DNA from: Candidatus Calditenuis fumarioli
Lineage (GTDB): Archaea; Thermoproteota; Nitrososphaeria_A; Caldarchaeales; Calditenuaceae
Direction: 5' to 3'
Length of the DNA stretch: 64,000 nt
Assembly (NCBI GenBank): GCA_030059665.1
Contig: JANVYR010000001.1
Span: 32,001 to 96,000, forward strand
Below, piece by piece: positions 1 through 9,050 of this stretch. The first letter of the stretch is position 1, and the number at the start of each line of letters is the position of its first letter. A program made the position numbers and the translations under genes. The notes beneath the pieces are model-generated. The model had not been told where the DNA came from. It ran no database searches and worked only from the letters and a program-made list of their open reading frames with translations.

Positions 1-1
1 G

Positions 2-403
2 TACACGCGGGTCTACGAGATCGAGCTCGAGCTCTTCGCCGGCGGCGCCAAGCCGGAGCTCCTCAGGTCCTACATCGGGCTCTCGCCGAGGATCAGGAAG
101 GTCTCGCCCGAGGCGGAGGGGCTGCCGGACTCGGCCATCGCCTACTTCATCGACATGGAGCAGTCGCTCCGGGAGATCATGAGGGTCCTGAGGGCGGGGG
201 GAAAGGCAGCCCTTGTGGTCTCGGGAGGGGTTTACCCCAACACGGTCGTGGAGGTCGACCTGATCCTGGCGAGGATGGCCCGCAGGCTCGGCTTCCATGT
301 GGAGAGGATACTGGCCCTCGGAAAGCGGGTGGCCACCTACGGCCGCGTCCACAGGATAGGCGAGTCGAGGGAGAGCGCTGTCATGCTGCGGAAGGAGGGA
401 TGA
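2..403 (+). CDS. DNA methyltransferase (N4-C/N6-A family), 3' part; 5'-truncated by window edge
   Basis: Frame is open from base 2: YTRVYEIELEL..RSYIG..YFIDMEQSLREIMRVLRAGGKAALVV..D.IL..GF..RES..LRK, the typical C-terminus of TSPPY-type DNA MTases; catalytic motifs lie outside the window. Confidence 0.65.
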   Translation, partial: YTRVYEIELELFAGGAKPELLRSYIGLSPRIRKVSPEAEGLPDSAIAYFIDMEQSLREIMRVLRAGGKAALVVSGGVYPNTVVEVDLILARMARRLGFHVERILALGKRVATYGRVHRIGESRESAVMLRKEG

Positions 404-418
404 CGGTGACCGGACGCC

Positions 419-1156
419 TCAGCCGCTGGCGCTGATCGCCGCAGCCCCCTCCTGATCGACGCGTTCCCGATCGACCCTCTCCTTGGGTATCGTGACGCGA
501 ATCCTGACCTTGTCGCCGTCGCGGAGCCCGTACTTCCCCCGCAGGTAGACGGGCGAGATCACCTCGATCACGTCCTCTCCGTAGTGGGACCGCTCGATGA
601 ACAGGATCGCGCAGAGCTCCGAGTCGTTGAACGTGCCCGTTATCGCCCTGAGGCCTCCGTAGGTCCTCGAGCCGTTCCGGAAGCCCTCTATCCTGATGTC
701 CGCCAGGCGCTCGAGAACCCTCCGGTTGGCGATCGCGTCCACCGAGAGGAGCCGGACGTTCAGAGTGCCGGGATAGGGGTCGAAGCCGAGCTTCTCTCGG
801 AACTGCTGCCGGTATCCGGGTAGCGACATGTAGTACGCGCCCTCCCCGAGACCGGAGAAGACCTTTCCCTCGATCACGTAGTCCAAGGGCCTCTCGAGCA
901 CGAGCCTGAGGTCAGAATATAGGTCTACCAGCTGGCGGTAGCCCAGCTCGGTGATCCGGGCGTAACCCGTCCGGCCCACGTTCCTCCTCTCGATCAACCG
1001 CTCCTTCTCGAGCCTGATCAGGACCCTCGAGGCCGACTGCTGCGAGGTGCCGAGGACCCTCGCCAGGTGGGGAGTCGAGATCCTGACCATTCCGGTGATG
1101 CCGTTCTGTGACGCCAGGAAGATCAGCGCCTTCAGGGCGAGCAGGTTCAGAGCCAT
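419..1156 (-). CDS. ribK: CTP-dependent riboflavin kinase with N-terminal winged-HTH (RbkR-type regulator)
   Basis: N-terminal HTH (LARVLGTSQQSASRVL); G.VFSGLGEGAYY, PYPGTLNV and EVISPVYLR..GDKV motifs. Confidence 0.92.
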   Translation of the reverse strand: MALNLLALKALIFLASQNGITGMVRISTPHLARVLGTSQQSASRVLIRLEKERLIERRNVGRTGYARITELGYRQLVDLYSDLRLVLERPLDYVIEGKVFSGLGEGAYYMSLPGYRQQFREKLGFDPYPGTLNVRLLSVDAIANRRVLERLADIRIEGFRNGSRTYGGLRAITGTFNDSELCAILFIERSHYGEDVIEVISPVYLRGKYGLRDGDKVRIRVTIPKERVDRERVDQEGAAAISASG

Positions 1157-1161
1157 TCGGT

Positions 1162-1174
1162 ATAACAGTGTTAT
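1162..1174. promoter_or_regulatory. Palindromic operator candidate upstream of ribK
   Basis: ATAACA-G-TGTTAT perfect inverted repeat between a TATA-like element (minus-strand CTTATAG, 1181-1187) and the ribK ATG at 1156. Confidence 0.5.
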
Positions 1175-1216
1175 GCCACGCTATAAGCGTATCAGGAGGA
1201 GGTGGCACATAGGAAA

Positions 1217-1825
1217 TCAGCTTACCGCTATCGTCTCGTCTCTGATGACGCCGTTCGGGCCGATCAGGAGGACGTCGATGCCGTTGCCGCTGCCGCTGTC
1301 GCGGGCCATCGAGGCCCTGAGCGCCTTAGTCGCGAGCTCGTAGATCTCGCTCGAGGACATCCCCTGCCTGTACTCGCCCTCGAGGACGCCCGCAGCGATC
1401 TCCGCACCTGTCCCGACCACGGCGAAGTCGTCCTCGATCATCGAGCCCATCGCATCCAGCACGATCACGTGGGGTCCGGTGTCGTCGAAGCCGCCGACGA
1501 TGGTCTCCGTGAGGTACGGGAAGTACCTGTTGCCGAAGAGGAGGTTCGAGACGACCTTCGCTATCACCCTGACGCTGGGCTGCCTCCTCTCCTCGATGGT
1601 GTAGAGGTTCACGAGGAACCGGACGTCCCTGATCAGGTTCTGCATGTCCGAGACGAAACCGGCACATGCGGCCCCGACCTTCGGCGTGATCTGGAAGACC
1701 TTCCTCACGTTCTTGGACATCACGAAGTAGCCGTACGTCAGCCTCTTCTCGGAGGCCAGGACGATCGCGTCCTTGCCCTTGATGCCGAGCGTCGTCGCTC
1801 CCGGGTACGGGTACTGGAACGCCAT
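1217..1825 (-). CDS. psmB: Proteasome beta subunit (Ala-type, G|ATT)
   Basis: GATTLGIKGKDAIVLASEKR..K.FQI..D..AVVGTG..A..RD.GSG; ATG at 1825 preferred over TTG at 1843. Confidence 0.93.
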   Translation of the reverse strand: MAFQYPYPGATTLGIKGKDAIVLASEKRLTYGYFVMSKNVRKVFQITPKVGAACAGFVSDMQNLIRDVRFLVNLYTIEERRQPSVRVIAKVVSNLLFGNRYFPYLTETIVGGFDDTGPHVIVLDAMGSMIEDDFAVVGTGAEIAAGVLEGEYRQGMSSSEIYELATKALRASMARDSGSGNGIDVLLIGPNGVIRDETIAVS

Positions 1826-1873
1826 TCCGCTCACGTCGTCCAATTCGGAGAATATGTGGATTTCCGGTCGGCC

Positions 1874-3076
1874 TCAGAGCAGAAGGAGCTCGGGCCTCTC
1901 GAGGTACCTGATCACAACCCGGAGGAACCTCGAGGCGGGCTCGCCGTCGACGATCCTGTGGTCGAAGGTCAGCGCGAGGGGCATCACGTACCTCGGTACC
2001 ACCTGATCGCCAACGACCCTCGGGGCCCTGACGATCCTGCCCGTGCCGAGGATGGCCGTCTCTGGGTAGTTCGGGATGGGGGTTCCGCTGAGGCCCTCGA
2101 CGGCTCCGTAGTTGGTGATGCCTATCGTCCCACCCCTGACCTCCTCCAGCGAGAGCTTCCTGCTCCTGGCCCGCTCGACCAGGTCCTCGAGGCGGCGGGC
2201 GACCTCGAAGAGCGAGAGACCGTCCGCGCCGTGCAGCACGGGAACCACCAGGCCCTCCTCCGTGTGGACCGCGACGCTGACGTTGACCCGCCTGTGGTAC
2301 CTGATCACCATCCGCTCCTCGTCGATGGTGGTGTTCATCACCGGGTATTCCTTAACGGCCTTAACGATCGCCCTGATCACGAAGGGCAGGTAGGTGAGCC
2401 TGAAGCCCATCCTCTCCGCCTCCTCCTTGAGCGTCTCCCTGACCTCGACGAGCCTGGTGACGTCAGCCTCGTCGAAGATCGTGACGTAGGCCGCGGACCT
2501 CACGGCCTTGGAGAGGTGGTCGGCGATGGCCCTCCTCACCCCCCTGATCGGCACCTCCTCGTACTCGACCTCTGTGACCGCCGTGGCCTGCGGTGCCTCC
2601 ACGAGCCTCTTAGCGGCCCTCGACTCGGCGTACCTCCTCACGTCCTCCTCGGTTATCCTGCCGCCGGGACCCGTGCCCTCGACCTCCTCGAGCGGGACGC
2701 CCAGCTCCCTCGCGAGCCTCCTGACCGCTGGCGAGGCGAGCACCTCCCTTTTCGGCCTCTCCGGCTTGACCTCGACCTCCTCGCGGCGTACCTCCTGGAC
2801 AGGGACCTCAGCCCTCTCAGTGACCCTCACCTCCGCAGGAGCTCCGACCTCCTCGATCACCGCGATCACCTGGCCCACCTTGACGACCTCGCCCTCCCTC
2901 GCGAGGATCTTGGCGATCCTTCCCTCCACAGGTGATGGCACCTCGATGTTCACCTTGACCGTCGTGACCTCGACTATAGGCTGGAACCTCCTCACGTGAT
3001 CGCCCTCCTTCACCAGCCACCTGACGACCTCGGCCTCCGTAACGCCCTCGCCGATCTCAGGAAGCCTGAACTCCAT
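1874..3076 (-). CDS. pdhC: 2-oxoacid dehydrogenase E2 dihydrolipoamide acyltransferase
   Basis: Lipoyl domain (LPEIGEGVTE..TVKV), E3-binding ASPAVRRLA..GTGPGGRIT, catalytic FDHRIVDG. Confidence 0.92.
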   Translation of the reverse strand: MEFRLPEIGEGVTEAEVVRWLVKEGDHVRRFQPIVEVTTVKVNIEVPSPVEGRIAKILAREGEVVKVGQVIAVIEEVGAPAEVRVTERAEVPVQEVRREEVEVKPERPKREVLASPAVRRLARELGVPLEEVEGTGPGGRITEEDVRRYAESRAAKRLVEAPQATAVTEVEYEEVPIRGVRRAIADHLSKAVRSAAYVTIFDEADVTRLVEVRETLKEEAERMGFRLTYLPFVIRAIVKAVKEYPVMNTTIDEERMVIRYHRRVNVSVAVHTEEGLVVPVLHGADGLSLFEVARRLEDLVERARSRKLSLEEVRGGTIGITNYGAVEGLSGTPIPNYPETAILGTGRIVRAPRVVGDQVVPRYVMPLALTFDHRIVDGEPASRFLRVVIRYLERPELLLL

Positions 3077-3087
3077 GCGACCCCACC

Positions 3088-4062
3088 TCAGAAGCTGTGG
3101 ATCTCGACGATTGCATCGAGTATCCTGTCCGAGCTGGGCAGATAAAGCGTTTCGTGGGCCAGCGGTATCGGGGACTCGAAGCCCGCGACCCGCTTCGGCG
3201 GCGCCTCGAGGTGGAGGAAGGCCTCCTCGACGACCTCAGCCACCACCTCCGCACCGTATCCGCCGAAGAAGGGCGCTTCGTGGGCCACGACCAGCCTCCC
3301 GGTCTTCCTCACGCTGCCGACGACGGTATCGAGGTCGAGGGGCTTCAGCGTCCTCAGGTCGATCACCTCGACGGATACCCCCCTCTCCTCGGCTTTCCGG
3401 GCCGCCTCGAGGGCCTCGTGGACGGTGGACCCGAAGGTGACCACCGTGACGTCCTCACCCTCCCTCACGACCCGGGCCCTTCCGATCTCGACGACGTAGT
3501 CGCCCTCGGGGACCTCGCCCTTGAGCGTCCAGTAGAGCCTCTTGGGCTCGAAGAAGATCACCGGGTCATCGGACCTGATGGCGGCCTTCAGGAGGCCCTT
3601 GGCGTCGTGGGGCGTCGAGGGACAGACGACGAAGAGCCCAGGTGTGTGGGCGAAGTACGCCTCCGGGCTCTGGGAGTGGTACATCCCTCCCCTGATCCAT
3701 CCGCCGACGGGGGCCCTGATGACCAGCGGGGCCGAGAAGTCTCCGCCTGACCTGTACCGCAGCGTTGCGAGGTTGCTGACGATCTGCTCGAAGGCGCCGT
3801 AGATGAAATCGGAGTACTGGATCTCAGCAACTGGCTTGAAGCCGTAGACCGCAAGCCCTATGGCAGCGCCCACGATGGCCGACTCCGAGAGGGGAGTGTC
3901 GACGACGCGCTCTGGCCCGAACTCCTCGAGGAGGCCCTGGGTGACGAGGTAGACGCCGCCCTTCCTCCCCACGTCCTGTCCGAGCACGATAACCCGCTCG
4001 TCGCGCCTCATCTCCTCCCTGAGGGCCTCGTTCAGCGCCTGGGCGAAGGTTACTGTCCTCAA
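3088..4062 (-). CDS. pdhB: 2-oxoacid dehydrogenase E1 beta subunit
   Basis: GQDVG..GGV, DTPLSESAI, EIQYSDF, HSQSPE, FFEPKRLY, IDLRTLKPLD; TTG start. Confidence 0.92.
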   Translation of the reverse strand: MRTVTFAQALNEALREEMRRDERVIVLGQDVGRKGGVYLVTQGLLEEFGPERVVDTPLSESAIVGAAIGLAVYGFKPVAEIQYSDFIYGAFEQIVSNLATLRYRSGGDFSAPLVIRAPVGGWIRGGMYHSQSPEAYFAHTPGLFVVCPSTPHDAKGLLKAAIRSDDPVIFFEPKRLYWTLKGEVPEGDYVVEIGRARVVREGEDVTVVTFGSTVHEALEAARKAEERGVSVEVIDLRTLKPLDLDTVVGSVRKTGRLVVAHEAPFFGGYGAEVVAEVVEEAFLHLEAPPKRVAGFESPIPLAHETLYLPSSDRILDAIVEIHSF

Positions 4063-4138
4063 CCGCCCTCGGCCTCTGACATTTGATAACCGACGTAATT
4101 CGCTGTCGCTCCCGGAAGCGCCTCTCCGCCCATCGATC

Positions 4139-5329
4139 TCACTCCGTCCCGAGGATTAGGGCTGCCGCGTTCACGAAGTGGCCGTGGTACCCTATGCCGC
4201 CTATGGCCGTGACGAGGGCCCTTCTCGCTCCCTTCACCTGACGCTCGCCGCACTCGCCCCTGAGCTGCATGACCGCCTCGACCACGTGCAGGCAACCGCA
4301 GGCCATCCCCGCCTGTCCGGCGGAGAGGAGGCCGCCGCTCGTGTTGATCGGCAAATTCCCCTTGTAGGAGATGTCGTTATCGTCGAGGAACTTGGGCGCC
4401 TTTCCCTTCTCGGCGAAGCCAGCGTCCTCGATCTGCATCAGCACCGCGACCGTGAAGTCGTCGTAGGGGTGGAAGTTGTCGATCTCCCCCGGCGAAGTCC
4501 CCGACATCCTGTAGGCCTCGGCCGCAGCCACCTTCACCCCGGTCGTCGTTATGTCAGGCGCGAATGGCCTCCCCTCCCTGTAGTTATGGTATTCTCCGAA
4601 TCCCAGAATCTGCACCGGCTTGTCGGTCACCTGACGTGCAATGCGGGTCGACGAGAGAAGTATTGCGAAGCCTCCGTTGACGAAGGGCGTAACGTCGAAC
4701 ATCCTGAGCGGATCCGAGAGCACCCTCGAGTTGAGGTAGTCCTCCATGCTCATCGGCGACCTGAAGTAGGCCTTCGGGTTCAGAGAGGCGTTGAGGCGCT
4801 CGGTGACGGCCACCTTGCCGAAGTGCTCCGGCTTCGCGCCGGACTCGTGCATGTACCTTTTCATGAGCTGAGCGGCAACGCTCACGGGCCCCATGTAACC
4901 GAAGGGCCTCATGTGGTCCGTGTCGTACTCCCAGGTCGGCCCGGGCCCTCCTAGGAGCGGCGAGTCGGCACCCACGATCAGGAAGTGGTCGATGTAGCCC
5001 GAGTGTATCAGGAGAGCTCCCTGCACGATCAGGGCGGCCGCGTTCGTCCCTCCCTGATCGGCCCTCAGGAGCACCTTCGGCTCGAGGCCCAGGTCCTGCA
5101 CCAGCTCCGGCGACCAGATCTCCGAGTGGGGGTACTCGCTCCCCATCACCCCGACTCCCTGACCCCTGAGGTCCTTCAGGCCGACGTTGGCGGATCTGAG
5201 CAGCTCCTCCAGAGCCCAGGCGCAGTACTCCTTCGGCGTCAGCCTCGGCTCCCCCCTGTCGGCCCTTCCCCTGCTGAAGGGCGTCTGGGAGACCGCCGTG
5301 ATCGAGACGGAGCCCCTGAAGGACGTCAC
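4139..5329 (-). CDS. Thiolase-fold protein (SCP2/Ltp-like, lacking the canonical Cys/His)
   Basis: A.LNP.A, SDPLRMFD, YDDF, INTSGGLLS, EAV.QLRGE..RQV motifs; GTG start overlaps upstream stop. Confidence 0.8.
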   Translation of the reverse strand: MTSFRGSVSITAVSQTPFSRGRADRGEPRLTPKEYCAWALEELLRSANVGLKDLRGQGVGVMGSEYPHSEIWSPELVQDLGLEPKVLLRADQGGTNAAALIVQGALLIHSGYIDHFLIVGADSPLLGGPGPTWEYDTDHMRPFGYMGPVSVAAQLMKRYMHESGAKPEHFGKVAVTERLNASLNPKAYFRSPMSMEDYLNSRVLSDPLRMFDVTPFVNGGFAILLSSTRIARQVTDKPVQILGFGEYHNYREGRPFAPDITTTGVKVAAAEAYRMSGTSPGEIDNFHPYDDFTVAVLMQIEDAGFAEKGKAPKFLDDNDISYKGNLPINTSGGLLSAGQAGMACGCLHVVEAVMQLRGECGERQVKGARRALVTAIGGIGYHGHFVNAAALILGTE

Positions 5330-7749
5330 GCCCCGCCACCCTCCCTTCCCCTGATCAACCTGAGCAGCTCCTCGGGCCTGACGTGCGAGGAGACCAACCA
5401 GACGTCTCCGTCGGCGATCGCGTCCTCGATCGCGTTGACCAGAGCGGGTATCGGCGTCCCGCAGCCCTCTCCAACCCCCCTCGAGCCGAGCGGCGAGGAG
5501 GTGGAGAGCGTCTCCATCGAGTAGGTCCTGAACTCCGGAGCCTCGAGGGCCGTCGGGCAGAGGTACTCGAGGAAGGAGGAGGTGAGGAGCTGACCGGACT
5601 CGTCGTACTCGATCGACTCGTAGAGCACCGCGGCCAGACCGTGAAGCGCCGCTCCGTGGAGCTGACCCTCCAGCACCAGCGGGTTGATCACCCTTCCGGC
5701 GTCGTCGACGATGACGTAGTCGAGCACCTTCACCACACCGGTCTCCCTGTCGACCTCGACCACAGCTCCGTGGACCTGATAGCTGTAGGTGAGCGCGAGG
5801 TTAGCCCTCTTCCTCTCGTCGGGCGAGCGCATCTCCGGCGCGTAGACGAACGTCTCCGAAAGCCCCAACCCGAGATCCCCGACCTCCTCGACGTTGGAGT
5901 AGGCGGTCCGCGCGATCCTCCTGAGGCTGACGTACCTCTCCGGCGATCCTGCGACGTACGCCTTCCCGTCCTCGAGCACCACGTCCTCCGGAGAGCACTC
6001 CAGAAGCCTCGCTGCCAGCTTGACGATCCTCTCTCTCACCTTCAGGGCCGCGCCGAGCACAGCGCCGACGCCGAAGCCCGCGAAGCGGCTGCCGTAGGTG
6101 CCAGAGTGGATGGTGTGGGGATGTGAGTGGGAGTCGAAGCCCCGGGCGACCGTGACGTCCTCGATCGGGACCCCGAGCACGTCCGCCACTATCTGCGCTG
6201 CAACGGTCTCATGCGACTGGCCCTGCGGGACGCTGCTGAGCTTGACGAGGACCTTACCGTCGAAGGTCACGGTCACCGTTGCGGCCTCGCTCCCTCCGAC
6301 GTTCGGTACCCGCGGGTTCATCATCTTGACCTGGCCCATGTTGGGAGATCCGGAGTCGAGCGTGCATGCGAACCCTATCCCTATCAGCCTCCCCTCCTTC
6401 CTCGCCCGCTCCTTCTCGGCCCTCCACCTCGCGTAACCGAGCGCCTCTGCGGCAGCGAGCAGGGCCCCGACGTAGTCGCCGCCGTCGTAGACGCACCCGT
6501 TCAGCGTCACGTAGGGCTGCTCATCCTTCGTGACGTAGTTCCGCTTCCGGATCTCGACCTGGTCGAGCCCGAGCTCCCTCGCGCCGGCGTTCAGGATCCG
6601 CTCGATCATGAACTGGTGCGGTGCCCTCGAGAAGCCCCTGTTGGGACCGGCGGGGCACTTGTTGGTGAAGACCGCGTACATCGTCATCGAGAGGTTCCTG
6701 AGCCTCGTGGCGCCGGGGGCGACCTGGGCCCAGACCGTCAGCCCCGCGGGTTCGTGCCTCGCGTAGGCTCCGATGTCGTCGACCGTGACCGCCTTGATCC
6801 CGAGCAGCTCACCACTCTTGCTGAAGGCTGCCTCGACCTTGAAGTGCCTGTCGGCTCCGTGGGAGCTGGCGAGCATGTGCTCCCTCCGCGTCTCGACCCA
6901 CTTCACGGGCCTTCCGGTGAGCTTGGAGAGGAGCGCCACGAGAACGAGGTACGTGTAGTTGATGATCTTGACGCCGAACCCACCACCTATGTCGGACGTT
7001 ACGATCCTGACCTTGTCGGCCGTGGTGTTGAGGGCCCTGAGGATAGCGGGCGAGAGGAAGACCGGCATCTGGTTGTTGCAGTAGATCAGGTACGAATCGG
7101 TCGATGCGTCGTAGGACGCCAGCACCGCGTTCGGCTCGAGGGGAGTGGAGCTGAAGCGGTGGAAGACCAGGTCCCTCCTGACGATCAGGTCGGCCCTCGC
7201 CTTGGCGGCCTCGTAATCCCCGTACTCGTAATCGACGCGGGCAGCTACGTTGGTGCCGATGTTCTCGTGGACCAGCACCTCCTTCTCCTCGAGCGCTTTC
7301 CACGGGTCAGTGACCGGTTTGAGGGGCTCGTACTCGACCTCGACCAGCTCCGCTGCGTCCTGCGCGGCCGACAGAGACTCGGCCACGACCGCCGCCACCG
7401 GCTCGCCCTGGTACCTCACCTTCCTGTACGCCATCGAGTAGTCGACCACGTCCGATGCTGGTGGAGGAACCAGTTGCGGGAACGGCTGCTGGACCCTCGC
7501 GATCTCCTCGCCGGTGAAGACGCCGACGACCCCCGGGACCCTCAGAGCCCCCTCAACGGAGATCGACTTGATCCGGGCGTGGGCCAGATCGCTCCTGACC
7601 AGAACTGCGTAAAGCTGTCCGGGCATCCTGAAGTCGTCCACGAACCTCCCGAGCCCACGGACGTGCCTCAGCCCCTCCCTCGTGGGAATTCGCTGACCGA
7701 CGTACTTCCACTTTAAACCGCGCGGAATCGGGGGAAATCTGTCAGACAT
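5326..7749 (-). CDS. Xanthine oxidase-family molybdopterin-binding large subunit (CoxL/CutL-like)
   Basis: VRS..AHARI, DIGGGFGVK, PQGQSHET..AQ, GTYGSR, GQLHG, S..GSRGVGE; active-site loop GPNRGFSR. Confidence 0.9.
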   Translation of the reverse strand: MSDRFPPIPRGLKWKYVGQRIPTREGLRHVRGLGRFVDDFRMPGQLYAVLVRSDLAHARIKSISVEGALRVPGVVGVFTGEEIARVQQPFPQLVPPPASDVVDYSMAYRKVRYQGEPVAAVVAESLSAAQDAAELVEVEYEPLKPVTDPWKALEEKEVLVHENIGTNVAARVDYEYGDYEAAKARADLIVRRDLVFHRFSSTPLEPNAVLASYDASTDSYLIYCNNQMPVFLSPAILRALNTTADKVRIVTSDIGGGFGVKIINYTYLVLVALLSKLTGRPVKWVETRREHMLASSHGADRHFKVEAAFSKSGELLGIKAVTVDDIGAYARHEPAGLTVWAQVAPGATRLRNLSMTMYAVFTNKCPAGPNRGFSRAPHQFMIERILNAGARELGLDQVEIRKRNYVTKDEQPYVTLNGCVYDGGDYVGALLAAAEALGYARWRAEKERARKEGRLIGIGFACTLDSGSPNMGQVKMMNPRVPNVGGSEAATVTVTFDGKVLVKLSSVPQGQSHETVAAQIVADVLGVPIEDVTVARGFDSHSHPHTIHSGTYGSRFAGFGVGAVLGAALKVRERIVKLAARLLECSPEDVVLEDGKAYVAGSPERYVSLRRIARTAYSNVEEVGDLGLGLSETFVYAPEMRSPDERKRANLALTYSYQVHGAVVEVDRETGVVKVLDYVIVDDAGRVINPLVLEGQLHGAALHGLAAVLYESIEYDESGQLLTSSFLEYLCPTALEAPEFRTYSMETLSTSSPLGSRGVGEGCGTPIPALVNAIEDAIADGDVWLVSSHVRPEELLRLIRGREGGGA

Positions 7750-7796
7750 CTGCATTACTCGAGAGCCGGTAGCGCCTATTAGCTCTGATTTCGGGC

Positions 7797-8990
7797 TCAG
7801 AAGCTCCTTGGGAGGCCGAGCGCCCTCGTCGCGAGGAAGTTCAGCACCATCTCCTCCGGAACCGGGCCAGTCTTGAAGAGCCGGACGTCCCTGAAGAACC
7901 GCTCGACGTCGTTGTCCTCCGCGAAGCCCATGCCTCCGTAGGTCTGGACTGCCCGGTCGGCAGCGGCGAAAGATGCCCTCGCGGACAGCAGCGAAGCTGC
8001 GTTAGCCTCGACGGCGCAGTCCCTGCCGGAGTCGAAGAGACGGGCGGCGTGCTGGAGCAAGAGCTTCGCAGCGTAAAGCTCGGCGTAGACCTGTGCCAGC
8101 GGGAACTGGATCCCCTGGTTCGAGCCGATGGGCCTTCCGAAGACGACGCGTTCCCTTGCGTACCTCACCGCCGCGGAGAGCGCGTACTCACCGCACCCGA
8201 GGGCGATCGAGGAGGTCGAGAGCCTCTCGGCGTTGAAGACGTGCTTGAGCACATCCCATCCTTTATCGACCTCGCCGAGGACGTTCTCCTCCGGAACCCA
8301 CGCGTCCTCGATGTAGAACTGCGTGGAGGTGAGGGGCCTCATCGACATGCCCTTGATCGGGAAGGCCCTGACGTTGTTCCCCCTCGTCTCGAGAAGCATC
8401 ACCGTGAGCCCGTGCGCCTTCGGCTGAGCGGGGTCGGTCGGCGTGGTCCGGGCAATGAGCAGCACGAGGTCCGCCAAGTGGCCCAGCGTTATCCAGACCT
8501 TCTGGCCCCTGACGACGAAGCCACCGTCCTTTTTGACGGCCTTCGTCTCGATCGCGAAAGTGTTCACGCCGGCGTTCGGCTCGGTGTGGGCTATCGCCAT
8601 CAGAATCTTACCCTCCACGAGCGCCTGCAGGTACTTCTCCTTGGCCTCCTTTGTCCCGAACCTCGATATCGCGAGCCCGCCGAAGACGAGCTGCCTCATC
8701 AGGACGTCCCCCGCCGGGAGGCCGCCGCCCTGCCTCGAGACCTCGTTCATCGCCGCACAGGCCGCCTCCATCCCCATCCCAAGCCCTCCGTACTCCTCGG
8801 GGACCGTGATCCCGAAGAAGCCCTGCCTTGCGGCCGCCTCGAAGTACTCTTTTGGGAACTCCCGGTTCCTGTCCTTCTCCCTCCAGTAATCGACGGGGTA
8901 GGAGCGCATCAGCTCCTGTGCCTGGCGCCTCAAGAGCACGAGGTCCTCGCTCTCCGGGAGGTCTATCACGTAGATGAGCGTGTTGCGCAT
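7797..8990 (-). CDS. Acyl-CoA dehydrogenase
   Basis: PEEYGGLG, AHTEPNAG, GQKVWIT, NAERL, R..FGRPIG.NQ.IQFPLA, QTYGGMGF; start ATG 8990 or GTG 8969 (track ORF over-extended). Confidence 0.9.
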   Translation of the reverse strand: MRNTLIYVIDLPESEDLVLLRRQAQELMRSYPVDYWREKDRNREFPKEYFEAAARQGFFGITVPEEYGGLGMGMEAACAAMNEVSRQGGGLPAGDVLMRQLVFGGLAISRFGTKEAKEKYLQALVEGKILMAIAHTEPNAGVNTFAIETKAVKKDGGFVVRGQKVWITLGHLADLVLLIARTTPTDPAQPKAHGLTVMLLETRGNNVRAFPIKGMSMRPLTSTQFYIEDAWVPEENVLGEVDKGWDVLKHVFNAERLSTSSIALGCGEYALSAAVRYARERVVFGRPIGSNQGIQFPLAQVYAELYAAKLLLQHAARLFDSGRDCAVEANAASLLSARASFAAADRAVQTYGGMGFAEDNDVERFFRDVRLFKTGPVPEEMVLNFLATRALGLPRSF

Positions 8991-9050
8991 GTGAAAAACC
9001 AATGCCGCAAAGGAAGCAGATCTAATTCGCAGCCTATCGGGTGAGATGAC

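Noticed and set aside
1202-2935. Long antisense/overlapping ORFs (e.g. 1202-2935, 6127-7716, 15286-15726, 43557-44561, 51435-52700, 53770-55011, 59682-60710)
   Set aside because: Shadow ORFs of GC-rich genes: no motifs, and they lie antisense or frame-shifted to well-supported CDSs
5326-7749. Calling the Mo-protein an aerobic CO dehydrogenase
   Set aside because: Lacks the AYxCSFR signature and coxM/S/accessory genes
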